Source: a virus (Duplodnaviria > Caudoviricetes). From it: DNA of 64,000 nt. The DNA lies in the IMG/VR virus record IMGVR_UViG_3300022602_000027; one strand, given 5' to 3'. Both the position numbers and the translations under genes were made by a program. Below are positions 8,471-18,448 of the stretch, piece after piece (the stretch's first letter is position 1; every line of letters starts with the position of its first letter). The notes below the pieces were generated by a model. The model saw nothing but the letters and a program-made list of their open reading frames with translations. It ran no database searches and had not been told where the DNA came from.

Positions 8471-10072
8471 TCATATACCCGACGATATGAATATAGGCAA
8501 CGGTGGCTCAAACTCTGGATCTTCTGCCCAGTCGCTAGTTACACGTATGCGCTCAAATACATCTGGATCCCATTCTGATAGCACTTCGCTCATGCGTACA
8601 ACTAGCAATGTTGCTGATACTAAATCGTCATGTTGTCCTTCTTTAGCTTTAAAAGTTATATTATGGGCAATATAAGTTTTAAGCTCTGAAATTAAAGGAC
8701 GACTATGAACTGTCATCTTATCTTCTTCTATTAGGAATTTAACCTTAGCGCAAGCCGCAATTTTTGACCCATGCGTAGTGTTAAATCCTTTACGATATTT
8801 CTTAACATTACCTTTGCGTACAGCTTCTGTAAGCATTACTCCCGGGAACGTTTCTTCACCTAAATTGTCAATAACTACTAGGGCACTTTCACCGACTGTG
8901 TTATTTTCCACACTCCAGTAAATGTAATTGTATGCTTCTCCACCTACTTCATCATTAATATATTTTAATATATCACGCAGTATTTTAACCTGCTGTTGAA
9001 TAGGGGTTATATTATGTTGCCACTCTGCTACTTGTATCATAGAGGGCATTTCAAATACTTCAATAGCACCATAGTCGCCTCCGGTGCCTAGACTAGGATC
9101 TAATGCGGCTAGATAAACTTTACCTTCTTCAGGCTTTTTATACCATCGAACTTGCCCCATTTTAAACAAGGGCTCTCGTCCAACCATATCAATAAGTTTA
9201 AGTGAATTAATTAGTGTTTCATCGTATACTAAGAACTCACAACCGTATTCACGACGGAAACGTTCTTCACCGATACGTCCCATCTCAGTCTTTTTCCATT
9301 CTTCTCCACGATCTGGATGTTCCCACCAGTCTGCTTTAAATCCATGGAACCCGTTACGTCCTAATCCGTCTTCACGTGTGTCGCCATATTCATCAAATTT
9401 ATCCTGCGACTCTTTCCAAATAATAGCAAATGTATCTTCGTCACTGTTTGGTGTTGAAGTAATAATTGCTCGTCCACCAGTTGCTAGTGTTGGCGATATT
9501 GATGTCCAAAACTCTTCTGCAATATTAGGTTGCAAGAATGCAAACTCGTCACAGTATAGTAGGGAAATTGACATACCACGACCAGTATTGCCGGTAGTAG
9601 TAGCTGATACAATTCTTGATCCATTTTCAAACTCCATTGAGCCTTTGTTATAGTTTACCACACCTGCCCTAATATGGTCAGGACATAATTCGTATCCATA
9701 GCGGATGCGTTGCATAATTTCTTGTGCGCCTGTATATTTGTGCGCGGCAATTAGAATTGTTTGATCCGGATGAAACATAGCATACCACAACAAGTATGCC
9801 GACGCACAAGTTGTTTTACCACTTTGACGCGGTAGCATATTAATATTAAAACGAAAATCGTGATATGCGTCTAACAATCTTTCCTGATATTCATAGGGTT
9901 CAAATTTTATCTTACCTTTAACAGGGTGCTGAATATGAAAGAAGTTTTTAGAGAAATAGTGATAACCATTTTTGGGGTCAGCACAGGCTAGAAGGTCCTG
10001 GACCTGCTGTTCTGTAAACTTTTCTTTGGTGTGAGCCTTTTTTGTTAAGACCCCGTCGAGACTTTTTGTCAT
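8471..10072 (-). CDS. gp17: Terminase large subunit (gp17-like)
   Basis: Walker A PRQSGKT, Walker B LLYCDEFAF, TSTPN coupling motif, nuclease ALDPSLGTGGDY and HDDLV. Confidence 0.95.
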   Translation of the reverse strand: MTKSLDGVLTKKAHTKEKFTEQQVQDLLACADPKNGYHYFSKNFFHIQHPVKGKIKFEPYEYQERLLDAYHDFRFNINMLPRQSGKTTCASAYLLWYAMFHPDQTILIAAHKYTGAQEIMQRIRYGYELCPDHIRAGVVNYNKGSMEFENGSRIVSATTTGNTGRGMSISLLYCDEFAFLQPNIAEEFWTSISPTLATGGRAIITSTPNSDEDTFAIIWKESQDKFDEYGDTREDGLGRNGFHGFKADWWEHPDRGEEWKKTEMGRIGEERFRREYGCEFLVYDETLINSLKLIDMVGREPLFKMGQVRWYKKPEEGKVYLAALDPSLGTGGDYGAIEVFEMPSMIQVAEWQHNITPIQQQVKILRDILKYINDEVGGEAYNYIYWSVENNTVGESALVVIDNLGEETFPGVMLTEAVRKGNVKKYRKGFNTTHGSKIAACAKVKFLIEEDKMTVHSRPLISELKTYIAHNITFKAKEGQHDDLVSATLLVVRMSEVLSEWDPDVFERIRVTSDWAEDPEFEPPLPIFISSGI

Positions 10073-10077
10073 AACAC

Positions 10078-10083
10078 TATTTA
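10078..10083 (-). promoter_or_regulatory. Late promoter box TAAATA, 5 nt upstream of the terminase ATG
   Basis: TAAATA-GTGTT-ATG with no SD between; matches the core of the T4 late consensus TATAAATA. Confidence 0.65.
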
Positions 10084-10086
10084 CCG

Positions 10087-10114
10087 AAAAAAATAGACCC
10101 CTTAGGGTCTATTT
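10087..10114 (-). terminator. Intrinsic terminator upstream of terminase
   Basis: AAATAGACCC-TAAG-GGGTCTATTT followed by a T-run. Confidence 0.8.
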
Positions 10115-10146
10115 GGCACCTTGGACAGGGTGCTAACTGCGACGAA

Positions 10147-10851
10147 TTACTTCTTCATTTTTTCTGTTTCACGGCGAGCTTTATCACTCATGTTAGTTAC
10201 TTTGCCACGGCCGTCTTTGTTTGTAGCCTTGCGCCATGGAGTTTCTTCTTTCCATTTAGTAACTTCACCCTTTTCGTTCTTTTCTTCCGTACGTTCTTCT
10301 TTAATAGCCTGGTACATTTGACTTAAACGATTTACTAATGACTCATCATACTGACTTGGTTCACGCAATGGGTTTGTTCCTGAAGCACGGGCAACTGGGC
10401 TAATTTTGCCCTTGCTGTTCATATCATCGCCGCTGAATGTAACTGCATCAACACCGTGTGTATGATGTCCAGATCCACCGTACGCTGAATTACCCCATTC
10501 CTCGTGTTCGTCATCAATAACTTCTTCAACATCAGTCGGAGCAGTGGTAAATGGACTGTCATTACTTTGCCCTTCGTTGTCATTGCCCATGATAGGTTCT
10601 TCGTGCCCATGTTGATTATGGCCAGCATGTTCTTCACCTTGCTCAATGTTGCGCAACATATTCATAATGCTACGAAGTCCGCCTTCGCCTTGTCCGTTAA
10701 CATTAATAGTCATTGAAACATTGTCTTGCTGTCCTTGAGGACCTGCAGAAATAATTGCACCGGGAATTGGCATTGTGCCACATTCATCAACTTCAATTGC
10801 CTTTCCTTCCTGGATAGCATCCATCTTTGCGATTAAGTCTTTAAAATTCAT
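10147..10851 (-). CDS. Hypothetical protein, probable internal head protein (234 aa)
   Basis: Low-complexity acidic/His-rich body, basic C-terminus; coupled (TAATG) to the upstream gene that has a capsid-targeting-like N-terminus. Confidence 0.6.
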   Translation of the reverse strand: MNFKDLIAKMDAIQEGKAIEVDECGTMPIPGAIISAGPQGQQDNVSMTINVNGQGEGGLRSIMNMLRNIEQGEEHAGHNQHGHEEPIMGNDNEGQSNDSPFTTAPTDVEEVIDDEHEEWGNSAYGGSGHHTHGVDAVTFSGDDMNSKGKISPVARASGTNPLREPSQYDESLVNRLSQMYQAIKEERTEEKNEKGEVTKWKEETPWRKATNKDGRGKVTNMSDKARRETEKMKK

Positions 10852-11483
10852 TATCTTGCTCCCTTCATTGGATCAGTAATCTTATTTTGTTTTGTTCCAA
10901 TAGGACTAGCATGAGCTGTTTCCAACTTAGCTTGTTTTTCTTTACGATATTCTGGAGCAAGACCAGGAACGTCTTTAGCTAGGATCTGATCATTATATCC
11001 TTTGACTTGCGTACCTTGATGTTTTTCTTTGCCTAATTCTTTTAGTAATTGATATTTGTATTCGTCATTAACTAAGTTACTATGATTGCTAGGTTCTTGT
11101 TCTTTACCAACTAGAGCTTTACCACTTTTTGTATCATACTCGTGATTTATTTCATATTCTCTTTCTTCTGCTATGCTTCGAACTTTAACATGATTATGCG
11201 TAATTCCTAGTCCTGTAGCAACACGGTCACGAATTTGTAACCCAGTTGCTGGATAGTCTGTAGAAACATCATACACAGTCATTTGTGTATTTCTGTGCTC
11301 TGGAAATTCTGCTTGACGCTCTTGAATTGGAGTTGTTTTGCCAGAAGAAACTGACTGCACGTGGAATTCAGCAAGAGAGGCTTTGATTTGCTCTACTGCG
11401 TCTTTGGCGTGATCGCCAGCAATTTTAATCTTAAATTCATAGATTTTTTTGCTTTCTGTTAAGTATTCTTTAAATGATTTCAT
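10851..11483 (-). CDS. Probable internal head protein with a capsid-targeting-like N-terminus
   Basis: N-terminus MKSFKEYLTE resembles the T4 IPII/IPIII targeting sequence MKTYQEFIAE; TAAATA at 11507-11502. Confidence 0.55.
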   Translation of the reverse strand: MKSFKEYLTESKKIYEFKIKIAGDHAKDAVEQIKASLAEFHVQSVSSGKTTPIQERQAEFPEHRNTQMTVYDVSTDYPATGLQIRDRVATGLGITHNHVKVRSIAEEREYEINHEYDTKSGKALVGKEQEPSNHSNLVNDEYKYQLLKELGKEKHQGTQVKGYNDQILAKDVPGLAPEYRKEKQAKLETAHASPIGTKQNKITDPMKGAR

Positions 11484-11504
11484 AGTATGATCCTAGTCAT
11501 ATAT

Positions 11505-11987
11505 TTATTTTAAATTCTTCAATTTTTCTAACAAGCTATTACGATCTGTAATAATAACACCGTCGCCTTGAAGTGTTACACCCTCATCAGAGTTATTAGC
11601 ATCTTGATCTAATTTCTGCTTTTTCAGCTGTAAATCGATCATCTTTAACTTTTTATCTAGTTTAGCAGTTTTAGCAGTAATAGCGTTGCCTAACATACTT
11701 GCGGCTACTTCAAACAAACGTCCGCTATAACGTGCTTCTACGTTCATACCTAAGTCCATGATGTCTTCGTATGCTTCTGTAGCTTTTTTAGCAAGCTCGT
11801 CTAATTCGCTATCGCCTAAATCACCTAAACCCTTAACTGGCGGAAGTGCGGCTGATATTTTATCAAACTCAGCCATGTCTCGTAGAAACGGTTTAGCTAC
11901 ATCAGCTTTAGCCTGTTTTTTTTCTTCGTCCTTGACAATCTTTTTGCTTTCGGGAAGATTGAGAACCTCTTCTAATCGTTTAGTCAT
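11505..11987 (-). CDS. Probable terminase small subunit (gp16-like)
   Basis: 160 aa helical protein; RLFEVAASML resembles the gp16-family RAYEVA motif; C-terminal DRNSLLEKLK; near gp17 and gp4. Confidence 0.5.
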   Translation of the reverse strand: MTKRLEEVLNLPESKKIVKDEEKKQAKADVAKPFLRDMAEFDKISAALPPVKGLGDLGDSELDELAKKATEAYEDIMDLGMNVEARYSGRLFEVAASMLGNAITAKTAKLDKKLKMIDLQLKKQKLDQDANNSDEGVTLQGDGVIITDRNSLLEKLKNLK

Positions 11988-12001
11988 AATATTACTTATG
12001 C

Positions 12002-12430
12002 TTAGATTTGACTGAAGATATCATTTTCATTAAGAATCCTAAATTTAATACCTTGTTGTTTGCACCATAAGTTAGCAGCCGCCCATTTGGCTTGATTTTT
12101 AACAAATTGTGCTTGGTTGAATTTATTCTTACCTACACGTTCTAGTATAGTTTGACTAGCTGGTTTTATTTCTATCAGCTCTACGTGCATTTTATTATTT
12201 TTGTCCATGTACTGAATGAAAAAATCAGGAACATAAACAGTTTGACGTTCAGTTAGGGGATCTCTGTAGGGAATTTGTACAGCTTCACTAGCCCACTTAG
12301 CTACATTCTCGTTAGTATCACAGAAGTTCATAAAACTCCATTCCCAACTTGAACGATATGTTGGAGTTTTAGTTCCAACATATTTTTCAGGGTGTTTCAT
12401 TGTGAACTTGCCGCGAGCAAATTTAGCCAT
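12002..12430 (-). CDS. gp4: Head completion nuclease (gp4-like, TnsA/PD-(D/E)XK fold)
   Basis: PEKYVG...YRSSWE...WASE...IPY...YVPDF...IEIKP motif series. Confidence 0.88.
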   Translation of the reverse strand: MAKFARGKFTMKHPEKYVGTKTPTYRSSWEWSFMNFCDTNENVAKWASEAVQIPYRDPLTERQTVYVPDFFIQYMDKNNKMHVELIEIKPASQTILERVGKNKFNQAQFVKNQAKWAAANLWCKQQGIKFRILNENDIFSQI

Positions 12431-12431
12431 A

Positions 12432-12791
12432 TTACACTAAAATGTTACGTGCTTCAAACGTGGCAGTATTGATAGCAGTTCTATAGCCTAACTGGCTAGT
12501 TTTTTCTCTGTAGGAATTTAGAACTTGAGTAATTACTTGCCCAAGCTGTATTTCAGTTAGTCCTTTTAATTTGTCTAGTAAACTAAACACACTAACATTT
12601 TCTACTCTAGCTTGATTAAGTAAGATAATAGCAGTTGAATTTGCACTTGAATTATCAAATCCACGTTTAATAAAAAATCCAACAGTAGCATCTATTTCTG
12701 CCGCAGGAAAACTTACTTGCTTTGTAAAATAATTATCAAAAACTAATTTAACTCCGCCTGTCTGCGATATAGGTAAATTTCCAGTAATCAT
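12432..12791 (-). CDS. Hypothetical protein (119 aa)
   Basis: Tightly packed ORF in the structural operon. Confidence 0.65.
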   Translation of the reverse strand: MITGNLPISQTGGVKLVFDNYFTKQVSFPAAEIDATVGFFIKRGFDNSSANSTAIILLNQARVENVSVFSLLDKLKGLTEIQLGQVITQVLNSYREKTSQLGYRTAINTATFEARNILV

Positions 12792-13795
12792 TAATTAGCA
12801 CCTTTAGGGTTAGCAGTAGTACTGTTATTTGTATTTGTCTGCGGAAACGATACCCCAGGAATTCCGTTAACAGTATTAGTTGATGTTGGGGTTAGTGCGC
12901 CAGGTGTTCCTGAATTTGCTGTAGGAGCTTGGGTATTCTGAGCATTAGATATTTGTGTAATTACACTAGATAAGATTGACCCTTTGGCACTTTCAATATC
13001 TAATGTTTGTACAAAGCTAGGATCAATAACCGTTGGATCTGGATTAACTCCACCTAGTGTACTTGGGCTAACATCATAATGACTTTGTCCAAATCCTTCT
13101 ACGCCGCCTGCAGGATCTTGTGCAGGATCAGTTGAACCAATATCATACGTTACTGCTTCATACATAATTTTCATATCAAATTCACGAGGCTTACCGTCAG
13201 AATAATCAACTTTATTGTGAGTCCAACTAGTAATAATAGGATTGCTTAGAGTGTATTGAACATACTCGTGTCGAGCCATTTGATATATTTTTATATAACT
13301 AAAAAACGGATCTGTACTACCGTTGTCTAATCCGTATGATGTTGGAGTAAAATCAAATTTCTTTGTTGCATTTCTATCATAGGCACCGTTTACTTTTGCT
13401 GATAAAGAATCAGCAAAATAATAAGCATAATAATTTTGCCACAATTGATTAATTAATCCCATATTATCATCGTGAAATTTAATAGTTATTTCACCAGGCT
13501 TATGATAATATTGTACTACTTTTTTTCTGTTGTATTGATTTAGCGTTTCTGTTTGCACAGTATAGCTTGGTAAATCAATACTTTTAACTAGCATATTAAT
13601 TTCTTGCCCGTAACGCTGTATAAGATTAATATTTTGTAAGGCACCTGAATTAATTCCAAACGCTACATGAAACTGAAATCCAAACTTAGGCGCTAATCTA
13701 AATTGATCAGCATTAAACAGATCTGCGGCATGTTGCCAATCGCGCAAATATACGTTTGGATTAGATTTTAAATTTTGATCGGCTGTGAATCCCAT
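12791..13795 (-). CDS. Tail tube-like/baseplate tube initiator protein (gp19/gp54 superfamily)
   Basis: VKSIDLPSY...NQYNRK...ITIKFHDD tube-fold pattern; follows the tail tube gene; TAAATA-N5-ATG. Confidence 0.55.
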   Translation of the reverse strand: MGFTADQNLKSNPNVYLRDWQHAADLFNADQFRLAPKFGFQFHVAFGINSGALQNINLIQRYGQEINMLVKSIDLPSYTVQTETLNQYNRKKVVQYYHKPGEITIKFHDDNMGLINQLWQNYYAYYFADSLSAKVNGAYDRNATKKFDFTPTSYGLDNGSTDPFFSYIKIYQMARHEYVQYTLSNPIITSWTHNKVDYSDGKPREFDMKIMYEAVTYDIGSTDPAQDPAGGVEGFGQSHYDVSPSTLGGVNPDPTVIDPSFVQTLDIESAKGSILSSVITQISNAQNTQAPTANSGTPGALTPTSTNTVNGIPGVSFPQTNTNNSTTANPKGAN

Positions 13796-13843
13796 AGTAT
13801 TATTTATTTAAATAATTAAGTGCGTAGTTAATGAACACTCAAT

Positions 13844-13866
13844 AAAAAGCCTGCAACAGCAGGCTT
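13844..13866 (-). terminator. Intrinsic terminator after the tail tube gene
   Basis: AAGCCTGC-TGTT-GCAGGCTT followed by TTT. Confidence 0.75.
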
Positions 13867-13870
13867 AGTA

Positions 13871-14503
13871 TTAACCTAATGCGTTTTTACTACTATTCGC
13901 GCCGGGTGTTTGTACTGACTTAGTAGCGCCGATTGCTGGAACAGGAGCAGTTTGTACTGCATTGTCAAAGCGGATTGATAAGTCAATCATTACCGGACCT
14001 TGTTCTTTATAATCTAATGTTTGCCAGTTAGTTGATTCAACATAGCAACCATAACATTCCCATGTTTCTAAAACATTAGGGGTTTGCGATCCATTGCCGC
14101 CGTCTAACATTTCAATACGCATTGTGAATTTGTAATCACCAGCCGCAGCCGCTGAACTTTGTTCAAAGAAGTCAAATTGTTTCTGATTTTGTTCACCAAC
14201 TAAGCGACTAACATTACCGCTAACATCGTCACGCAATTTAACTGCAATAGGTTCCCAAGCTGGCTTGCCAGCATAGTGAATCTTACTATTGTAAATTTCA
14301 ATAACGTTATCTTGGAATTTAACGTTAGGACGACTTGCATCTGAAACTTGTTTTGTTAGTTCTGTTGTAGGAGTGCTTACACCAAAGTTTTCAAACGAAA
14401 TACGAAATCTGTATTTCAACTTTGGCATCAACATGCCTTGTGATGCCGCGCTCTGGTCGCTAGCTAAGGGTACTGTAAAGTTTGATAGTGCCGCAATTGC
14501 CAT
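13871..14503 (-). CDS. gp19: Tail tube protein
   Basis: KYRFRISF, YAGKPAWEPI, LRDD, WECYGCY, LSIRFDNA; directly after the sheath gene. Confidence 0.8.
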   Translation of the reverse strand: MAIAALSNFTVPLASDQSAASQGMLMPKLKYRFRISFENFGVSTPTTELTKQVSDASRPNVKFQDNVIEIYNSKIHYAGKPAWEPIAVKLRDDVSGNVSRLVGEQNQKQFDFFEQSSAAAAGDYKFTMRIEMLDGGNGSQTPNVLETWECYGCYVESTNWQTLDYKEQGPVMIDLSIRFDNAVQTAPVPAIGATKSVQTPGANSSKNALG

Positions 14504-14516
14504 TATATTCTCCTAA

Positions 14517-17500
14517 TTATTTGCCCAATCCTGCGACTGCGCCAGTGTTTTCTAAACGCAATGGAATGTAAATGAATTCCACTGCTTTAACTGGTTCAAT
14601 TGCGATGTCAACATACAACTCGTTAGCATCAATTCTGCTTGGAGTGTTGTTTGAAGTGTCACATACAACTAGATAGTCATATAGAGCACGTTCACCTGTT
14701 AAGTTAAGCAATAATTTTTCAATTTGTTGTTTAATTTCGTTACGTGTAATTGTATCGTTAGGTTCAAAAATGTATGGCTTAGCAATAGCATTTAATTGGT
14801 AACGTAAGTAAATTACTAAACGTGCAACGTTGATACGATCTAATGAACTAGCAACCAATTGACGTGTGTACTGTCCATAAGCTACTAATCCTGTACCGCC
14901 AATGTATGTAATTGGATTTACATGAACTGCGGCTAATGTATCACGCTGTCCTGTGTTTAAAGCAGTTGGATTAAATTCTCCTGTTTGTCCGTCAACATAA
15001 CCTACGCTACTTGCATTAGTTACACCGCCACGACGTACACCAGCTGGTGCAAACCATGGATAGCTAACATTGTCACTTAACGCGATTGTACGCAACATGA
15101 TATGACTTGGAGGAACAACGATGTCATTACCGTATAAGTCTGTTGTAAATGCCCATGGATAGTAAACTGCTGTGTTAGCGTCTGTTGTTACTAAACCTGC
15201 TTCGCCATCGCCAGTTGCATTGTTTACGTTGTTACCCCAGTTGCTTAAACTTGTAGCATCTGGTGTTAAGCGAGCTGGAGCATCAGCAACAATAAATGAT
15301 AGTAAACCGCGATCGTTATTTAGACTTACTAACGATGGCAGTGTTTCTAAATAACCTGGGCAACTGATAATATCAAATACGCGGCTGTCTTCATCGCGGA
15401 TTTGTTGATTACTATTAATCAATGCGTCTAATGCTTGAACAACAACAGCACGTTGAGCTTTACGTCCAAACTGTCCAACACCGCGATAGTCGTTTGGTGC
15501 GGCACTTACCCAACGATCTGGATAGTAGTAAGTCATGTATGGCTTGCCAGACATTAATGTATTTTGTGCGGCTGTGTTAACATAACCAGTTACATATTTC
15601 TTAACGTTAAATCCTGAACGACGTGTGTTCCATAGCAACATACCCTTTGGATATAGTGCTGGATTAGGAGCATCAAAGTCAACAAAGTCACTAGTAATCA
15701 ATGTACCTGATGTAGCACCTGCAATGTTCTGTGGACTTGCGGCACCTGTTTTTGCACTGGCACTATTTGTACTATCATCGTACCAACGTGCATCAGCAAA
15801 AATAATACCGTTTTGTGTTGTATGGTCTGCACTATTAACTAGTACCCATACTTTAGTTAAACTATTCCACTTGTAAAGTTGTGGCCATGTTTCTGTATTA
15901 CTTGAGTTTAACCATAAGTCACCATTTTGTAAACTACCACCTGTTGAGTTTGTAGTTGGTTGTGTAGCACTAATAATAGGACCATTAATATCTGTATTTG
16001 TTGCGGCATTAGAATATCCTACACCTTGGTTAACAACTACTTTACCAGCTGTTGAGCAATAACCTCTCCAGTATGTACCGTCATTAATCATGATGTCTAA
16101 ATCAGTAATAACTGTATCGTACCACAATGTACCATTTGCAGGAGTGGTTGTTGGTGCAGTTGCACTTGGTAATACTAGCGGAGTTGCACTAGCAATTGAA
16201 GCTGTATTAGCCCATGCTGTAACAAGATATTTTCCATCGCTACCAGTTGAGCTAGGATCTTGATAGAAGTTGCTAATACTAATTGTGCCTGAAGTAGTAA
16301 ATGCTTTATTAATTGGAGTATTTGTGCCGTCAGTAAAGCGAATGTCACCACCTTGTGTATGTGAAAGCACAATTTGATTGTTTGCATTAATTGTAGCTGT
16401 AACATTAGTTAATGTTTGCGCGGCATTATTAATTGCTGTAGCAAATGCTTGCGCATCAGTTGTAGCATTTCCTGTTGCTGTAAATGTAATTGCAGAACCA
16501 CTAACTTGTGGAGCTGCCAACATAGTTCCGCTACCAACTTGACTTGAAGAAAACGCTGTAACTGTATTGCTACCAGATGTAAATGTGCTAGCTGTAATTA
16601 CATTTGATGTTACTGTTGTAGCACCAGTTGATGTGCGTTGATAAATTTTGTAGTTAGCTAATGCAGGAGTTGCTTCTGTATCATTATATTTGATATAAAC
16701 TTGTCCAACTGGAATATTAGCACCACCGCCAGTTGCATCCAATGTGGCCATAGCTGATTGATTGTTTGGATATAACTGTGTTATAGCTTGTTGAATCCAG
16801 CTAGCTGTTGTGCCATTGTAATATTGAATATTAAAGTTAGCACCTAAGTTAACTGTTGTTGTTTTAATCCATAAACTACCTGTTGGATATCCATTTGTAC
16901 CTGAATATGTACCAGCTGAATAGTTACCATATTGTGGAACTTGATAATGTGGAGCAATAGTCAATGTTGGAGCATTGTATGTTCCAGCTGTCATACCTAA
17001 AGTTGTTAAACTTTGTGTACCAGCGGCAATAACTACTGCAACACCTGTTGAGTAGATGTTTAAGAATCCGTTTTGTACACTGGCTGTAATACCTGCGGTA
17101 GCTAATGCCGAACTAGCGTTAATTGCAGTTGCTAGTGTTGATAATGAAGTACCAGCATTGGTAATTGTGTTTGCATTGATAATGATTGTTTGACCACTTG
17201 TCAATGTTGGACTTGCCGCTGTTGAAGTAATTGTTGGCCATGATTTAACCCAAGCTGTTGTACCAACTTGAACCCATGCACTATTGCTTACAGCAATAGT
17301 TGATCCACCTGTACCATCATTGGCTGTGTTGTATGTCTTAAACCATAGGATGTTTGTGTTTGTAGCGGCTGAACATGCTACAACTGCGTAGTCGCCTGGA
17401 CTACCGTAACTGGCTAAAGGAGCATCATAAACATCTAATCCATCATTACCAGTCGCTGAGCTCAAATATTGTGTGCTAGTAATAACTGACAAGTTGTTAA

Positions 17501-18005
17501 TAGATTGTTGTTCTTGGAATGTTTGTCCGTTAGTTACAGTTGCGGCACTTGCGTTCCACTGGAATACACCGTAGTTTGTAGCTGTAGTATTCCACCAGTA
17601 TTGTCCAGCTGTTGGACTACCTGTTGGGATTGAAGCTGAACCTTCTAATTGAGCTAAGTCAACGTTAGCACGTACTACGTATGCTTGATTGCTTACACCT
17701 AAGAAACTGTAGGCAGCTTGTAGACCATATTCATTAACTTCACCAGCATTAACTGGATTGTCTTCTGCATCAGTTTGGAAGTAAGGTACACCAAATGTAG
17801 CGCCTAAGTCTGCTTGACTTGTTAATAGATATACTGCGCCAGCATTTGCTGTAAGTGTTCCTGGAGCAGTTCCTGTTCCAGCTGAATTCATTTTGTTCGC
17901 TTGCGTAGCGACTACGATTAAAGGTACGGTACCGGGTGCGGCTGGTGTGTAGAACGATTCGTCTACAACGGTTACGCTTACGCCTGGTGAACTTAATTGA
18001 GCCAT
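14517..18005 (-). CDS. gp18: Contractile tail sheath protein with a large insertion (1162 aa)
   Basis: LSSPGVSVTVVDES N-terminus; C-terminal PWFAPAGVRRG, VNPI, LDRINVARL, FEPND...TR, IEPVKAVEFIYI. Confidence 0.93.
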   Translation of the reverse strand: MAQLSSPGVSVTVVDESFYTPAAPGTVPLIVVATQANKMNSAGTGTAPGTLTANAGAVYLLTSQADLGATFGVPYFQTDAEDNPVNAGEVNEYGLQAAYSFLGVSNQAYVVRANVDLAQLEGSASIPTGSPTAGQYWWNTTATNYGVFQWNASAATVTNGQTFQEQQSINNLSVITSTQYLSSATGNDGLDVYDAPLASYGSPGDYAVVACSAATNTNILWFKTYNTANDGTGGSTIAVSNSAWVQVGTTAWVKSWPTITSTAASPTLTSGQTIIINANTITNAGTSLSTLATAINASSALATAGITASVQNGFLNIYSTGVAVVIAAGTQSLTTLGMTAGTYNAPTLTIAPHYQVPQYGNYSAGTYSGTNGYPTGSLWIKTTTVNLGANFNIQYYNGTTASWIQQAITQLYPNNQSAMATLDATGGGANIPVGQVYIKYNDTEATPALANYKIYQRTSTGATTVTSNVITASTFTSGSNTVTAFSSSQVGSGTMLAAPQVSGSAITFTATGNATTDAQAFATAINNAAQTLTNVTATINANNQIVLSHTQGGDIRFTDGTNTPINKAFTTSGTISISNFYQDPSSTGSDGKYLVTAWANTASIASATPLVLPSATAPTTTPANGTLWYDTVITDLDIMINDGTYWRGYCSTAGKVVVNQGVGYSNAATNTDINGPIISATQPTTNSTGGSLQNGDLWLNSSNTETWPQLYKWNSLTKVWVLVNSADHTTQNGIIFADARWYDDSTNSASAKTGAASPQNIAGATSGTLITSDFVDFDAPNPALYPKGMLLWNTRRSGFNVKKYVTGYVNTAAQNTLMSGKPYMTYYYPDRWVSAAPNDYRGVGQFGRKAQRAVVVQALDALINSNQQIRDEDSRVFDIISCPGYLETLPSLVSLNNDRGLLSFIVADAPARLTPDATSLSNWGNNVNNATGDGEAGLVTTDANTAVYYPWAFTTDLYGNDIVVPPSHIMLRTIALSDNVSYPWFAPAGVRRGGVTNASSVGYVDGQTGEFNPTALNTGQRDTLAAVHVNPITYIGGTGLVAYGQYTRQLVASSLDRINVARLVIYLRYQLNAIAKPYIFEPNDTITRNEIKQQIEKLLLNLTGERALYDYLVVCDTSNNTPSRIDANELYVDIAIEPVKAVEFIYIPLRLENTGAVAGLGK

Positions 18006-18037
18006 TGTGTTATCTCCATGATGACATACTGTTAATG

Positions 18038-18113
18038 TATTTATGGCTTTTGGACTTTTTGTACGAGTTATAGCGCCAGAAAAAGGGGTAAAAAAGGTGC
18101 GATTTTTTAAATA
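18038..18113. promoter_or_regulatory. Divergent late promoter boxes for the sheath and HNH genes
   Basis: TAAATA on minus at 18043-18038; TAAATA on plus at 18108-18113, 5 nt before ATG 18119. Confidence 0.6.
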
Positions 18114-18118
18114 TACAC

Positions 18119-18448
18119 ATGAGACCTTTATGCAACATGTGCGGTACTAGACCCTCGGCTATTAACTATCGTAAGCAAGGACGCATTTACTATAGACGTA
18201 AATGTGAAGGGTGTCTCGGTGGTAGGGGAGTTGCACGATGGTATCAGGCAGGATACCGTATTAAAAACGCTTGTGATAAATGCGGATTTAAATCACCCTA
18301 CAAAGAAGTATTTGCTGTATTCCATGTTGACGGAGATCTAAATAATTGCCGTCACTCTAATCTTAAGACTGTGTGTGCAAATTGTCAACGAGTCCTTCAT
18401 AAAGAGGGAGTTCGCTGGAGGCAGGGCGACCTAGTGCCTGATTTATAA
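18119..18448 (+). CDS. HNH endonuclease-like Zn-binding protein
   Basis: CxxC pairs, CDKCGF, HVDGDLNN...NLKTVCANC. Confidence 0.75.
   Translation: MRPLCNMCGTRPSAINYRKQGRIYYRRKCEGCLGGRGVARWYQAGYRIKNACDKCGFKSPYKEVFAVFHVDGDLNNCRHSNLKTVCANCQRVLHKEGVRWRQGDLVPDL

Noticed and set aside
8461-8511. Track start codons at 8511, 30969, 62641 and 63834
   Set aside because: The first three overlap upstream genes and better starts exist (8460, 31014, 62581); the last gene's frame remains open to the window edge
215-10072. Inteins or group I introns in uvsW, uvsX or terminase
   Set aside because: ORFs are uninterrupted and of ordinary family length, with no splice-junction or LAGLIDADG motifs seen
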